Shown: piece by piece, positions 50,181 to 63,445 of the stretch
How the letters are laid out: each line of letters opens with the position of its first letter
Numbering within the stretch: position 1 is the first letter of the stretch
DNA from: Hydrolagus colliei
Taxonomy: Eukaryota
Direction: 5' to 3'
Assembly: GCA_035084275.1 (NCBI GenBank)
Contig: CM068755.1
Span: 12,586,001 to 12,650,000, forward strand
DNA length: 64,000 bases
Made by a program: the position numbers and the translations under genes
The notes under the pieces: model-generated
Told to the model about the DNA's origin: nothing
What the model saw: only the letters and a program-made list of their open reading frames with translations
Databases searched by the model: none

Positions 50181-51525
50181 ACCTTTCTCGGGGACGTGAA
50201 TTTCCAACTCTGATTTTGAACAGCCTCAAATACGAAAGGTGCCATTCAAAAAGTTGGTGCACACAGATTTGATAAACAAATTATTACCGGGTGCATTGAT
50301 ATATTTAACCCCAGACCCCCTCCCCCACCATATAACAGAGCAAATTGTCACCAAGCCCGAATTTGGTTCATAACTATTTGTCCCGTTTATATACTTGTCT
50401 TGTTTTTTTATATATATACAAAGCTCTCTGTCCCTGTCCCAACCTCACTTGCCTTATGTAATTCCACTGCGAATCATTGCCAGAGTGTTATTTCCCCAGC
50501 AAAAAAAATACTTTTGTCTGCAGGCTTGTGTTGCCTTTTCTTTGCTTCATGGTGTCAGCTAATACATTTTCATTGTGATGGCTCTGAAACATCTAAAAAA
50601 CCGCTGGTCTGCAATAACAGTAGAAATAATGTAGGGTCTCACTTGTGTTTGTATGATACCAAAGAGGTTCAACACCACAAGCGCCGCTATATTTAACTAT
50701 TTGGGGACTTGCATTGGTAGATAGCACATGAATGTGTTCATCAACTCGAATATATTAGGTTTAATATCACACATTACATACCCCCCCCCCCCCCCCCCCC
50801 CCCACACACACACATATATGTATATTATATATAACCAATAGCCATGTCCTATAGGTTTTCTCCCCCACTTCTAGACGTTAGGGGATCACATGGCGCAAAT
50901 AGCTGTAGACTTCCATCGAAAACTTAGCGAAGAAGATTAATAGGACTGGTCAGAGCTATTAAAGCACAGCTTTGCAGTAAATTTATGCTCCGCGAAGATA
51001 AATTGCTGATCAACATTTTAGTTATCAGACATCTCCAGTACTTGGATGCTAGATTTAATTAGTATTTTGTTTTGCCCCCCCCCCCCCCCCCACCTCTCCA
51101 CTACCCCCCCCCCCCCCATCCCCCCCACCTCGTTCTCTCTAAAACTAGGGATCACGTTCTACACGAAATCAGCCCAATAATAAATAAAACAGGCGAAAGG
51201 TGTTTAAAATATATCTTATTTTTCTTTCCTGTCGGACACATGCCTTGCATTTTCTGCCGGCTCGATAAACAGTCTGCTCGTTTCCTACCTTGTTTGATTT
51301 GAAATATGCCTAACCTTTAATTCTGGACGATCGTTGATTTATGATCAATAACAGATGACAAAATATGTAAGCTATATAAATACCTCGCTTCTGTGATGGA
51401 AATAGCTGTGAGGAAAAAGTAGAGCATATCGTTCATATCAAAAGTTTAGGGCCACAGTCGAAGCCGGCGGTAAGATCTGTAAATAGAGTAAGAACTTTAA
51501 ACGTGTATTGGAAGAATGAAGGCTC

Positions 51526-51526
51526 T

Positions 51527-51573
<47 letters not shown>
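51526..51573. repeat. (CT)n(CA)n microsatellite
   Basis: Read directly from the sequence. Confidence 0.95.
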
Positions 51574-51759
51574 AAAGTAACCCCATCTTTTCAAATAGCT
51601 CCTTCACTGACTGCCCTTTATTAAGGGTACCTGATTTGGTATTTCGCAATTAACATTTGATGTGGTGAGACCCATTCCATATACTTTGGAGCAGCACTGA
51701 CAGACAAGGAGAGATGATCGAGAACGTCTAAATGTTCTTTCTGTGATCTTAAAGTGGAT

Positions 51760-51812
51760 AGGGTAGTTTACACCACATTGGCGTCAATCAGCAAATGAAT
51801 TCTTGGAGTAGG

Positions 51813-51846
<34 letters not shown>

Positions 51847-52040
51847 AAATATCCCTTAAAACATTTTAGGAAGAGTTCAGCTGAGCTTTTTGGCTGTCAG
51901 ACAGACAATGTATTTGATTTGAAAACCTGCAAGAAACAGCAGCTAGGATTGTATGCATCTCCATCGCTGAATTAAACACACACACACACTCCACTGCTGT
52001 TCATTAAGCAAGAGAATGAATGAGCTGCAGAAACAACTGG
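51760..52040 (+). promoter_or_regulatory. Putative second (alternative) promoter and leader exon
   Basis: GTTTAC (forkhead-type), inverted CCAAT (ATTGG 51777-51781) next to PBX/PREP-type GTCAATCA (51783-51790), then (GA)n and a unique leader ending in a possible donor CTG|GTGAAG at 52039/52040. Confidence 0.35.
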
Positions 52041-52759
52041 TGAAGTTTAACTTCGGATGCGTTTCATTTTAATATTAATTTCCAGAACATTTTCTGCGTC
52101 TTTTGTCCGTATGGTTATCGATCCACTGCTGCACAGGTGGAAGAGTTCACGCCTCTTTTATTTGCAGAGGTGATTGGGACAAGGAATCCTGCCCAAAGCG
52201 GCCATCCAGCTTGGATTCTTCAGACTAATTCAAATTCTTAAACAGGCACGAATAATAGCGAGCAGCACATAACAGGTTACATAACAGTCTTCGTATTCAT
52301 TGCTTTATTTGAAGGAATCGAGAGTAGTTCATTACCGCTACCCTCTCCAAACCCGGCTATTCAATTATTTGAAGCATTCATTTTAAATGTACACTTTTCT
52401 AAAAAAAAAGGCAGCAACTTTTGTGAGGTCAAGTCATCACGAAAGCAGACACAAGGCTGACAGAAAAGCACAAGGTTTTAGGATATTAGATGGGAGACAA
52501 CACAATGTCTTTCGCAGCTCAGTGAGCTTCCCAAATGGCTCAAACTATTCTAGCTTTTTGTATAGAACATAAATTGTGATCAGAGGCACTTTTTGCTGTA
52601 ATTTTCTTCGACGCAAAATAAAATATTTCCAAATATTTCCAAATGAGGTTCACAATTTAACCATTCAAACGTTTGGAAACGGCATTTCATTCCGTTCGCT
52701 TACAGTGTGGTTGGGAATTTCAAAGCAATAACACAATTAAATGTATGGGTCGTGAAATC

Positions 52760-52825
52760 AGCAACAACAACAAAATTACATTTGTAGATCGCCTTTCAAG
52801 TCGGGAGCACGTCACAAGGCTCTGA
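52760..52825 (-). mobile_element. L2-type 3' tail fragment
   Basis: (CAA)n followed by AATTACATTTGTAGATCGCCTTTCAAGTCGGGAGCACGTCACAAGG; homologous to the tail at 61160-61226. Confidence 0.7.
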
Positions 52826-55800
52826 TCAGTCGAATCAGTCATATTTTCACCCAAACAGGTGTACAACATTGAATCCAGACCTATACATTTTAACCTGCCC
52901 AGAAGGGTAAATTAAAATCACACCTGAGTGGGAACTGTTGACTGTTTTTTTAAAATGTGTGTCTGTGTGTGTGTTTATCTGTGTGAAGCTTTAAAGTAAT
53001 AAAATATAAAGTTCTCTCCCACAGATATATCCTGTAACAATACGGGAAATTGCCGAATGACCCGTTTCAACACGAAGATTGTTCCCCCCCCATCCCACCC
53101 CCTCACCCCAAATTAATCTGATTCCTTTATTCTTTTTCAGGTTCACGTTGCCTTGAAGATGATTGAACATGGCAAACTGCACAAAGTCTGATTAAAGTAT
53201 CACCCTCACTTCCTTGAGCGTGAAACACACATTTAATAGGTCTAATCACATCCAATGCTTGCATGGTAATGTCAGGGAACGTGGTCACTTCTTTACACCA
53301 CTTTATTATGCTTGACTTTCCTGCCCATTCTCATATTGCGTGATCCACGTTTGGAATTCGGCGTTAAATTGGTCAAATTCCTACGAACAAGCCCAGTGTG
53401 TCAACAAAAGCTCAAAACTTTAGCGGTTAACACACACGTGTGCAATTTCCAATCCATTCTTATGGAATTATCCTAATCACAAGGTGAGTGAAATGTCAAC
53501 CCGTCACTGGAGGCAGGCGATCCAATATATTCTGCTCTGAAATTGTAAAACTATACTTAGGAAACTCACTCGGGGAATTGCGCAATTATTCTCCACCCAA
53601 CCCCAATCCTTTGTTTTACATGTGAGATAAATTTGCATAACAACCCATAACTGTTCTAGCGAACTTGAACTGTGGTACTGCTTTTTTAAATTGTGTGTTA
53701 CCACTTGTACCTATATATATATACATATATACACACACACACAAACTCTGAACTACAGATCAAAGAAAGGAACGTGTCACAATGTAGTTTCCATTTTTTT
53801 CAAGGGTTGTACAATATAGCTGAAGTACACGTGCAAGTTATGTGTGTAACTAGAGTGTGAAGCACTAATTTAGGCTTCGATGATAACGATGACATCAGAA
53901 GTCGTGTGGAGCTTTGAGTGAACTGCACAAGTGACCCTTCCCAGTGGAACTATGAATCCGCACTTTTTATTGAGCATCTCGTCTTTTAAAACAACATTTT
54001 GGGGGGCTTGAAAAAAAACAGGAGTAAAGCATAATACACAGGATACCGTGTAAGAGTTATTTGTAACATTACAACAAAATTAACAGGAGAGTCTACAGCA
54101 CTATAATAATTTGTGGCACAATTATAATACACCATGAGACTAATATAATGGGCTGATACACTATTTTACACTGTGGCTGGTCATGATATGGTATTGCTTT
54201 CATTTAAAGTTGCACATCGCTGGGCTTTGCAGTTCTGAGCAGTGCATCAGCAATCAATAAGTTCTTCAAGAGTGTTTGCCCCAGAACTCTATTAGGAATA
54301 ACTCGAAGTGAAAGAGATATCAGTTGTTGTTTGACTGCGAAACATCCCCATCGTCCTACAATCAGTAATTAGAATTATAGTTTTAAGTACAGTTCATATC
54401 TGCTGAGATGTCTTTTACCGTTTCGAAAGCTTCTGATGAATCTATCTGACTTGGCTCTTCGGTGTAGACTAACAAAAATGATTTATCTTGAATAGTTCTA
54501 TAGCACACAGGAATAATAATACAAAACAGTTAGCTTGTGCTTAACGTGTACAGATCAGTCGAGATCGGTTTAAATCGTCAGTGAATTCAGTGTGGATTTC
54601 AACATAACCTGGGTATGTAACTTGGCATATTTCAGAATGTAAATAGAGGTGCTCACAAACGGTAGAAGGAATAGTAAAAACAAATCAAAGAATATGTTTT
54701 TAGCACACACTATATTTTGAATGCATTGATTTGAATCCAGCTGGGTCTGCCTGTTCGTTTTACCAGATGCTCAGTATGTATTTCTGAGGCTTCTCATTAT
54801 CCCTAGTTTGTTTAACATATGGTCTTTGATGGCGTTCATCTATTTTTTTCTGTACTCTCTATACATCTTGGAATCATCAAATGATATGTCACAAGCACAT
54901 TAATTTTCATATATACTTTTCAGCAGCATCCCAATTTCCCCCCTTCATTCACATGAAGAGATATTTGACATCAGATTTTTTAAAAAACTTTACTGGAGGC
55001 AGATTGTGGCCAAAGAAGCCTCTTGGCAACTGTCAGGAGATCAGCATCCAAAGGGGAGTTCCAGAGGATCAACCTGAGATACATCTGGATAGTCACAATT
55101 TGCAAATCCTTTTGTGAAATAAACCTCTCACCCCCTTGGAATCAAGTGCCCATTCATTCTCGGAGACTAAATTATTGTTAAAGATCAACCATAAATATAA
55201 AAGCAGAACACTGACGTATTAGTGATAAAAAAATATATTAAAAAAATAGAAGCACAATACTGTATTTGAATGATGTTAAATATTTTAATCATGATTATGT
55301 CCATGCTTTCATGTTTAAAACAACTGCAGATGCAGTTCAGAATCAAATTCTTAGCAAGACATCTTGTCTAATGTACAATTCTTTGAATTTGGAGGTGATG
55401 CTATATTTAGTTTAATAATATACAAAAAACTAATTGTTTCCAATTTACAGTTTGTGAGAATAGTTGAGTTTTCAGTCAATTATGAAATAAATGCTGAATT
55501 AAAACACCAGTATAACAAAATAATTATTGTATGATTGTTAACAAATATAATTTTCCATATTCTCTTTTTTAAAATATTTTAATGATACAGCTAAGACATT
55601 CAACACCAAATCATGAAGCTCAGGCTTAGTGCAGCTCAATCTGTTTAAAGACAGAAATAACCATATTCAACCAGCAACTTGTAGCACAGGTTGTTAACAT
55701 CCTATTATAATTAACATTTTACAATTAAAATGACTAAGTGAACTGGTTAACCCTCACAACATTCCAATTTTGCTAGAGTTACACGTTAATACTGAATGTT

Positions 55801-58456
55801 ATATTCCATATTCGTATGATAAATACTCCCGAAGAGCAATTTCGAGAAAAAATACAAGAACTATTAAGGACAATGTATTTAAATAGAGACAAATAATTGA
55901 CTAAGTTGAATGATTATGCTTTTGAACAATTACATTTCCATGTGCAGTTGCCTATACATAGTTGGGATACTGTATTTCAAAAGCAATGTAAGTCTAAAGG
56001 CTTTGTTTGGCAAATGTTCCAGACAATTTGAGTTCTAACACAAACAAACTAATTTGATTGTTTAAGGATATTAGTTGCTGGCTTATTTAAACCTCCTGCA
56101 GTTCTTTCTACATTATGAGCACTGAATTCCTTTACAGCTAACATGTTTCAAGCTATGTTGGATAGATATTGTATTGTGAAACTGCAATCAAAATATTTAG
56201 TTAACAAAGACTTAGCAGTATGGTAACAAGTTTCCAATACAGTACTTTGTTATTTTCAGAATGATCACATTTTCATAGCTAAAGCGAAATGCAAAAGAAA
56301 TTCAGCAGGGTGTGGAGTCCTTTAAAACACTGTTTTGCAGATGCAGACACATAACAGAAAAAAATGTATGTTTAATAAACATGAGTCATTGTTTCATGGT
56401 GATTGTTCCAGAAAATTAGATGATACATCATTAGATTAGAAGCTGTAACACTATTATACAAAGATAAATATCACCAATCATTTACTTTGTGACTATGCCC
56501 CATTCAAGTCCCATTCCCCCTCCCCTTTAGCTGGATTGTTTCAATTTAAAATTAATACACTTTTTGTTGTGTATAAAGTGTTGTATCTTACTACAGCAAT
56601 TGCATTCTTTGCATGTTTTGGACCATAACAGTTGAAATTACATAAATGTTTAGAATAAGGAATCTACAATTTTAGTTGTTACCGAATTTCATAAGTGATG
56701 GGCTATTTATCAGTTAGATGCCAATGGACAAATTTGGATAATATGTTTCAGGCCTCAACTAAATAATTGTTAACACTATGTTTTAATGTTCAATGTACAA
56801 TCAGCAAATAATATTAGTTACAGAAATGTGTAATGTAATTTAAATTAGGCATGTTTATTTATTGTAAATAGGGTTAATATTGCATGTTATTTGACAGGGC
56901 TGCTATATGTTTAGTAATCAGGTATTTAAAGTTTTTTTTAATTCACTTGAGTTCCACTGTAAAACATTAATTCAAGCTGCAAGAAATATAAATATTTCCC
57001 AAACTATAAAAAATGGATTCAGTTTATAAATGGGTCCAAATTGAAGCAGCATCATTATAATGAAGACTATAGGGGCACAGAAAAGATGGTAATGGTGACA
57101 GTTGATGTAGGATTTCTACCTGCTCAAAGTCCAGTCAAGTTTTTGAAGTTATAGATAACAATCAATGTATAGCATAATTAAAGTAACTGCATAACATTCT
57201 CAGTATTTCTTCTACTAGAAATATGAATATGCAAAGCAAATGTGTATGTCCTTGATAACTTATTTGAGATCTATAAATGATTAAATTAGATGTGCTATAG
57301 ATTTTGTTGCACACAAAATTTACTTGAAATTATTCAAAACTTCATCTTAAAATTACATGTCATTGAATGTGCGCCAGAGCTGTTAATCTAGTGGGGAATT
57401 GGTATTGAAAAAATATCACACTCAAAATATATGCTACTATTATTTTGTTTGTTTCTAAACCAGTTTTAAGTGAATAACTCTCCCACAAAACATTACAATA
57501 CTGTTAGAACAGTTGATCGTGAAACGCAAATAAATAAATTCAGAGTGTATGTGCCAATACTCAATGTCAAACATCATTTGGGTTCAATTAAGCAAATGGA
57601 ATGTAAAAGATTCTTGTTTACACATTCCTTTCCTTGATCTATGGTCATAGTCACAAAACAGTCCAAGGTCTGAGACTGGTGAGGACATAAAAAAGCAAAT
57701 TTCAGAACTCAACAAACCAGCTTCAACTTTTGAATCAAAATTAAGAGAGATATAAAAAAGAACTAATCAAGTACATTTTAACAATATTTACATTAAAATT
57801 AAAACTATATTTTGGAGCTAGGCATGTATACTGTATAATATATCTATACACTATATAGATAGATAACTGTTTTTTGACCTATAATTAATCCCACAAAGAA
57901 GGGATGAACATTTATGTTTTTTCTTGGTTCTAATGTGAAATGATTTTGCTCAAATTCAATGCAGTTCTTAGTCGGTGCACGGTCTTATTCAAACCTGCTC
58001 TCAACTTTAACACAAATAGCATTAATTCTGTACTGTATTTAGAGGGTCCACAAGGACAGACAGTGTGGGAAATGATGAAGTCAGGATAGTATGGTGTGTG
58101 TTCTGCAAGAGGAGAGAGATCTAATACTTGACAGCTCTTAATTGCATGTGATTCATTCTATTCTATTCCTAGGTGTGCATGATACTATTACCCGCTCAAA
58201 AGAGGCAACTTACAAAAAACTGGAACACTGTCAGTCCTCAACTTACAAATACAATAAAACAATACCTAAGTACAAAATACACCAAAATATAGATAGCTGA
58301 AACTTTTAGTTTTCTCTGTAATAAGATCTATTTAAGAATACATAGAGATTAAATAATATATTATTATATTCAGATTTATACACATATAATCCTTAGTTTA
58401 AATGGAATTAGTTTCCTGGAGGTAATGTCATCTAGCAGGAAATGTATTATATTATT

Positions 58457-58520
58457 CAACAACATCAAGAACTTGCATTTATATAGCGCCCTCCACGCTG
58501 GGTGGCGTCTCGGAGCTTTT
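58457..58520 (-). mobile_element. L2/DeuSINE-type 3' tail fragment
   Basis: AACTTGCATTTATATAGCGCCCTCCACG. Confidence 0.7.
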
Positions 58521-59989
58521 GATGTATATTCAGTCACTTAAGAGATAACTCTTAAAACGTTTTGACTAAAATCTTGCAAATAGCATTGAAAATCATTTGT
58601 GCGTGGGCGTCACAAGTTAAACAAATGTAACTGTAGCAGGTCTGTGTACATACAGGCATGTCGAGTGATACTTGATAATACTTTTATCTTTAAACTATGA
58701 TCCAGGTCTGGATGGAAAGCTAAACATGGATGTTCCGAAATGCTAAGGATTTAATAGTCAACATATTTAGATTTGATATTATCTGTGCTGATTTCCTAAT
58801 TGTTCTTAATTGCACTTTTTTAAATGCTATTTTTGTGATGCATTTTGGATTTTTTTTGTTTAATTTGTGTTCTGATTAAAAAAAAGTATAACGAATAGGT
58901 CAGCTCGCTGAGATTATCACTGTTGTTCACTGTGGGATTTCTTGATTTAGAAAGTAGAGAACGAGGATCTTCTTGTATGAAAGAAGGAGCCTGAGGAATG
59001 ATTAATCACTATGTGCGGGTTGTCTTATATATTATATGGTGATCCAATATGCTGATATAGTTCATTAACATGTCATTACTAAATGAATTTACTATGTGAA
59101 TGGCGGTTGATCAAAACATATATTTAATAACAACATATAAACCTCCAATACACACACACACATACACATTCCAGACTGGCTCAATCTTCCAATGACGATT
59201 GCATGAATTTCATCAAAACAATCACGCTCCAACTTAACCAAAGAGGGACCAAGGTATGTGAGTTCCATGACTGCTATGATATGTCTGCTTAAAACAGTAG
59301 CAACTCATTTTATGCAAGTTCCTCACAAGACAACATTTTACCTCAAATGCACAAAATACATGAACCATCAAAAGAGCATAGTGATTGCTTTGTCAAACAT
59401 GTTCTCTTATACAGATACTGGAGTGTTTACTCCAGCAAATAGCTATTGCAGCTACAGGAAAACTCTTGTTCACTGGTGTCAGGAATAGAGAAGGAAACTA
59501 ACCCAATTCTTTGCGTGTATCAGTACTGAAAATGGGACAGACCCCAGTGAAATTGTTACACTTCCTCTGAGGGATAGTGTTGGTAGCACAACCTGAGTTA
59601 GTTTTGCTTAGCTCAGTCATTACCATTTACATTGGCAGCATCTCTAGCACTGCATTATCACTGGGCTCATCTCTCCATTGTCAGATGTCACAAAAATGCT
59701 GCAGCATCATTAATAAGAAGATCAAAATATGGCAGATGGTTTGTATAGTCTGAGTTCTGCAAGTATTAATGCAATTTAATGGTGATTTACTCTGATAAAA
59801 CATAGCCAGCACATTCTTATGAATTTCTGATATAATCTGATGGGATCATAAACAATTGGTACCACATTAAAACAAAAGGAAATCAAAAATAAATTGGGTT
59901 AGAAAATGGAAACAACATTGCTATAGAAGGATTTTGAACTATTTTTGAGCGCAAGAGGCTGAATGGTACAATTTGCAAGGTTTCTCTAC

Positions 59990-60490
59990 GGCTCAGTTGG
60001 TAGCACCCAGGCCTCTAAATCAGATGGTTGTAGATTTGAGCCTCATAGTGGGAATTTAAGCGCTTTGAGACATTGATCAGTTGTGGATAAGACGTGGAAA
60101 GTACAATATAAATGCAAGGATTATTATATTATTATATATAATTTGAACTCACCGTCTAGGCTAACACTAAGTGCTGCAATGTTGGAGGTGCTTTCTTTGA
60201 GACGAGGTGTTAAACCTAGGTCCTCATCTGCCTGTTCAGGTAGTTGGAATGATTTCATGGCACTATTCAAAACAAGAAGGAGGCTTCTCCTGATGTCCTG
60301 GTTAACAATCCTCCACATAAAATTGGTTATTCACTTCAAGGCTGCTTGTTGGACAATATTGCACGCACCTTCGCAGCCATGTTCACCTACAATTAAACAG
60401 TCATCACACTCTACAGTAAATCCTATGAAGTGCTTTGAGGCGTCCTCCTGATGTGAAAGGGGCTACACCAAATGCAAGGATTATTATAAT
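59990..60490 (+). mobile_element. Full-length DeuSINE-type SINE with a nested tail insertion at 60058-60139
   Basis: A-box head GGCTCAGTTGGTAGCAC, Deu-like core GTGCTGCAATGTTGGAGGTGC...GTTAAACC...ATGGCACTATT...TGTCCTGG, and tail GTGAAAGGGGCTACACCAAATGCAAGGATTATTAT. Confidence 0.85.
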
Positions 60491-60939
60491 GCTGCAGTCT
60501 GTAAATATTTAATTTCAAGGTAGGTAAGATTTTAATAATGTTTTAAGGGTTTCAAGTAACTCCTGAATAGAGTTAATAATCTGCACAATATGTTTTGGGA
60601 GCACAATACCTTGATATGCTTGTACATTGTCCCCAAAAGTACCAGAGCTCAACTTTGAGCTTAGCTTGAATCTATGTTTCTATTTGGGCCTAAACTTCCA
60701 CCGCATTGTAGCCTTTAAATAATTTTATCTCAAAATTAAAGCCTGCACAGAATTCTAGCATATTTTAAAATTCAGTCTTAATTTGGAAGTCATTGATTTT
60801 TATAAACCCCGGAAATTTGGCTTCCAAATTAAAAGTTGATTCAAGAATTTTCTACATTCCACATTAATACTATTAGTTAATATGTGACGATCACTCTGAA
60901 TGGCTCAAATTATTTTGTGTATTTTATTCCCTCTTTAAA

Positions 60940-61226
60940 ATGTCTTCCCTTTGCTGAATCTTGCTGGGTTGTGGTCTGCAGGACTCCACCCGACAGTCAA
61001 ATTCCCTCCCTTCCTCCTTCCCCTACCTGTTTCAGGACCTGTCTCAAGACCCTCCTCTTTGATTGAGCCTTCAGCCATTATCCAAACCCCAACCTCTATC
61101 CTCCCTGCCCTCCACCCCTCTTAATCCCAACCCCTAGCTCAAGTCCAAATCCCTAACTGTGCAGCACCTTGGGACATCCTCCCAATGTGAAAGGCACTAT
61201 ACAAATGTAATTTATTGTTGTTGTTG
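60940..61226 (+). mobile_element. L2 LINE 3' end
   Basis: CTCAAGACCCTCCTCTTTGA (LKTxLF ORF2 end), C-rich 3' UTR, then GTGAAAGGCACTATACAAATGTAATTTATTGTTGTTGTTG. Confidence 0.75.
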
Positions 61227-61554
61227 GTGCAATAATTTTCTCAAGTGCTTACTCTTCACATACAAGCTTCACATGACATGCAGGGTCATCCAAACTGGAC
61301 AAGCAACTGCCAGCTCTCCAGTCAATATTCACAATAGTTGAAGCTGATTAGATTCCAGCAGTACTACAAATGAACAATCTGGGATCCCCAAACCTTGGTT
61401 CTTGTGAACTGTGGCCCAAACTGGGTTGTATATCTCTCCAGAGAGAGTGTACACTTCATTCCAGACAAACACAAATTTCCATGCATCCTTGTAACTCTCA
61501 TTATCATGATAAGCATGTCGATGGATGCGTGAGTCCGACCAAAAATAGCAACAA

Positions 61555-61690
61555 CATTGACAGTGAGTGACAGCCGGCTATTCAACATTTAAGAGCATCC
61601 CAAGCAGGCCCGAATCTATCCTTACCCAACAACCACACAAGCAAACTGTCCTGGAAGGATCACTGAACAGTGACCAGGAGAACAAGAGTA
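61555..61690 (-). mobile_element. Partial copy of the SINE-like repeat seen at 13490-13850
   Basis: GACAGTGAGTGACAGCCGGCTATTC...ATCCTTACCC...CACAC...TCACTG...CAGGAG is collinear with 13610-13730. Confidence 0.5.
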
Positions 61691-63209
61691 TGTGTGTGTG
61701 GTGATGGGGTGGGGTTGGGGGGGTCACTAAATTGTGCAGTAATCAGAAGAGTGTGTTTGTGTCAAGGGGGTGGGACAGTGATCTAGTGACCAAGAAAGAG
61801 TAGGGGGCTCTTCATTTTCTCCTCCTCTTCCTATTCTAGTGACATTAAGGCAGGCACTGTTGCCACTTTCTCACAAACAACCATAAATTAATTGAATAAT
61901 TCAGAGCAAAACTGCAATAGGGAACAGGGGTATAAGAGGTCAACATTAATAAACAAAAGATGTCAATGCAATGTCAAACCACCTGTATGTAGAAGTGATC
62001 CCACTACATAATGTAACTGAAGCCAATTGCAATGAGGGTTCAGAACCTCTTCCACTCTCAGATATGCGTGGCCTCACCCCAACTATTTTCTGGATTCCAA
62101 ACTGCTTTGCATAAGAATGTCCTTGTTGTTAACTCTGTTTAGCCTGGGGTGTACAGCAGAAACTCATTGAATGTGGTTTACTCTCTGCTCAACAAATTAC
62201 ACAATGACACATGTGCATCTTGATAACATCTTGATATTGTGCATATGGTGTGTTGAAATAAATGTCACTTTCATTGGTTTCTAGATAAAATGTTTAGGAA
62301 TGCCAAATCACTGACTCACAATTGATTTACACATCACTCAGTACCTGCGTGAAACACTTTCATTCCAAGTCTGCAGAGATAGCTTTCATAAGAGTTTTGT
62401 TTTAATGTACTGGTACATGGTTTATACAAATACCTTTACATGCACTCAGCATCACTTTGCAACTGATGTTGTGTTAAGGTCCAACATGAATTCACTATCT
62501 CTTTTCTTGGCAATAACTGACTTACGTGATAGTGTGACATTGTCGGCAGATTTAAATTATTGTTCATGTCCTATTACTGCAACAGGAGTTAAGGGAGGCA
62601 TCAAGTACAATGACACTCACAATGCAATTGTAGTTTTAACACTAACATTCATCTTGAGTCGAATATTTTTCAAACCTCAGAACATCGGTGTTGCATAAAA
62701 TACAAGCATTATTATTATAGTCTCGATATTCTCTATTTTGATGAACTCTGTTACATTGCAGGTGGAGATGAATACCTACAAACATAGGAATCCCAGGGTA
62801 TTCGAAAGAAAGTAGATCATGCACACTATTAAAACATCTCGACTGGTGTCCTCAGTGTACCTTAGATGTACGTACAGGAATAACTCATTCTGGAAACTTT
62901 AAAATGTTCAGATTTATTACTTAATTTTAAAGAGATTATATGATACAGATTGTTTTTCAAAATGGTTTACAGTTATATTATGCAATGTAATTCCTTTTAC
63001 ATTTGTGCATGGCAGGAAATATAATAGGAATGTCAAATATGAGAAAACTGATATAGATAGTTAAAACTGGACATGACAGCTGATCATCGTCATGCCAGAC
63101 TGTAACATCTCCCTTCCCATTCTCGCTGGCTCAAATCCCAATTCACGTTGCATCTACATAACCAAAGGCGTTACATTTAATATTTCCTTGTGCGCACTTC
63201 GTTATGACC

Positions 63210-63445
63210 TTGCTTGAAAAGAGAGGGGAGTTTTTCCCAGTGTCCTGGGCAACAACCATCTAGATGAAGTTGATCATTCATTCATGGCTGTTTTGACAAA
63301 CGTTGGATGTGCACAAATTGCCTGTTGCATTCACCTATTAACGTATTCAGTCACTACACTTTGCAACAAAATCACTTGAAGAGCTTTGAGAAGTTTGCAG
63401 ATGTAATTAGGTGTTATCAAATGCAAGAGTTATTATTTTATTATT
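63210..63445 (+). mobile_element. 3' half of DeuSINE-type SINE
   Basis: GAAAAGAGAGGGGAGTTTTTCCCAGTGTCCTGGGCAA (end of the Deu domain) followed by the tail GCTTTGAG...TATCAAATGCAAGAGTTATTAT. Confidence 0.75.

Larger units (their letters stand above)
17000..54700. promoter_or_regulatory. Large CpG-retaining, transposon-depleted regulatory domain (putative DNA methylation valley/canyon)
   Basis: Approximate hand counts: 1-4 CpG per 600 bp in sampled flanks (14.0, 16.2, 55.2, 56.4 kb) versus about 12-23 per 600 bp inside (19.7, 35.7, 54.0 kb), even in AT-rich parts. Only short retroelement tails were recognised inside. Confidence 0.7.

Noticed and set aside
57597-57628. miR-1/206-like TGGAATGTAAA with a short hairpin
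   Set aside because: Only the first 11 nt match, the match is on the 5' arm rather than the 3' arm, and the hairpin is too short for a pre-miRNA.
57646-57658. 13-nt match to miR-153 (CATAGTCACAAAA)
   Set aside because: The seed start and 3' end mismatch, and there is no complementary arm.
59990-60050. tRNA gene
   Set aside because: It is the tRNA-derived head of a SINE: degenerate B-box, no cloverleaf, and it continues into the SINE body.
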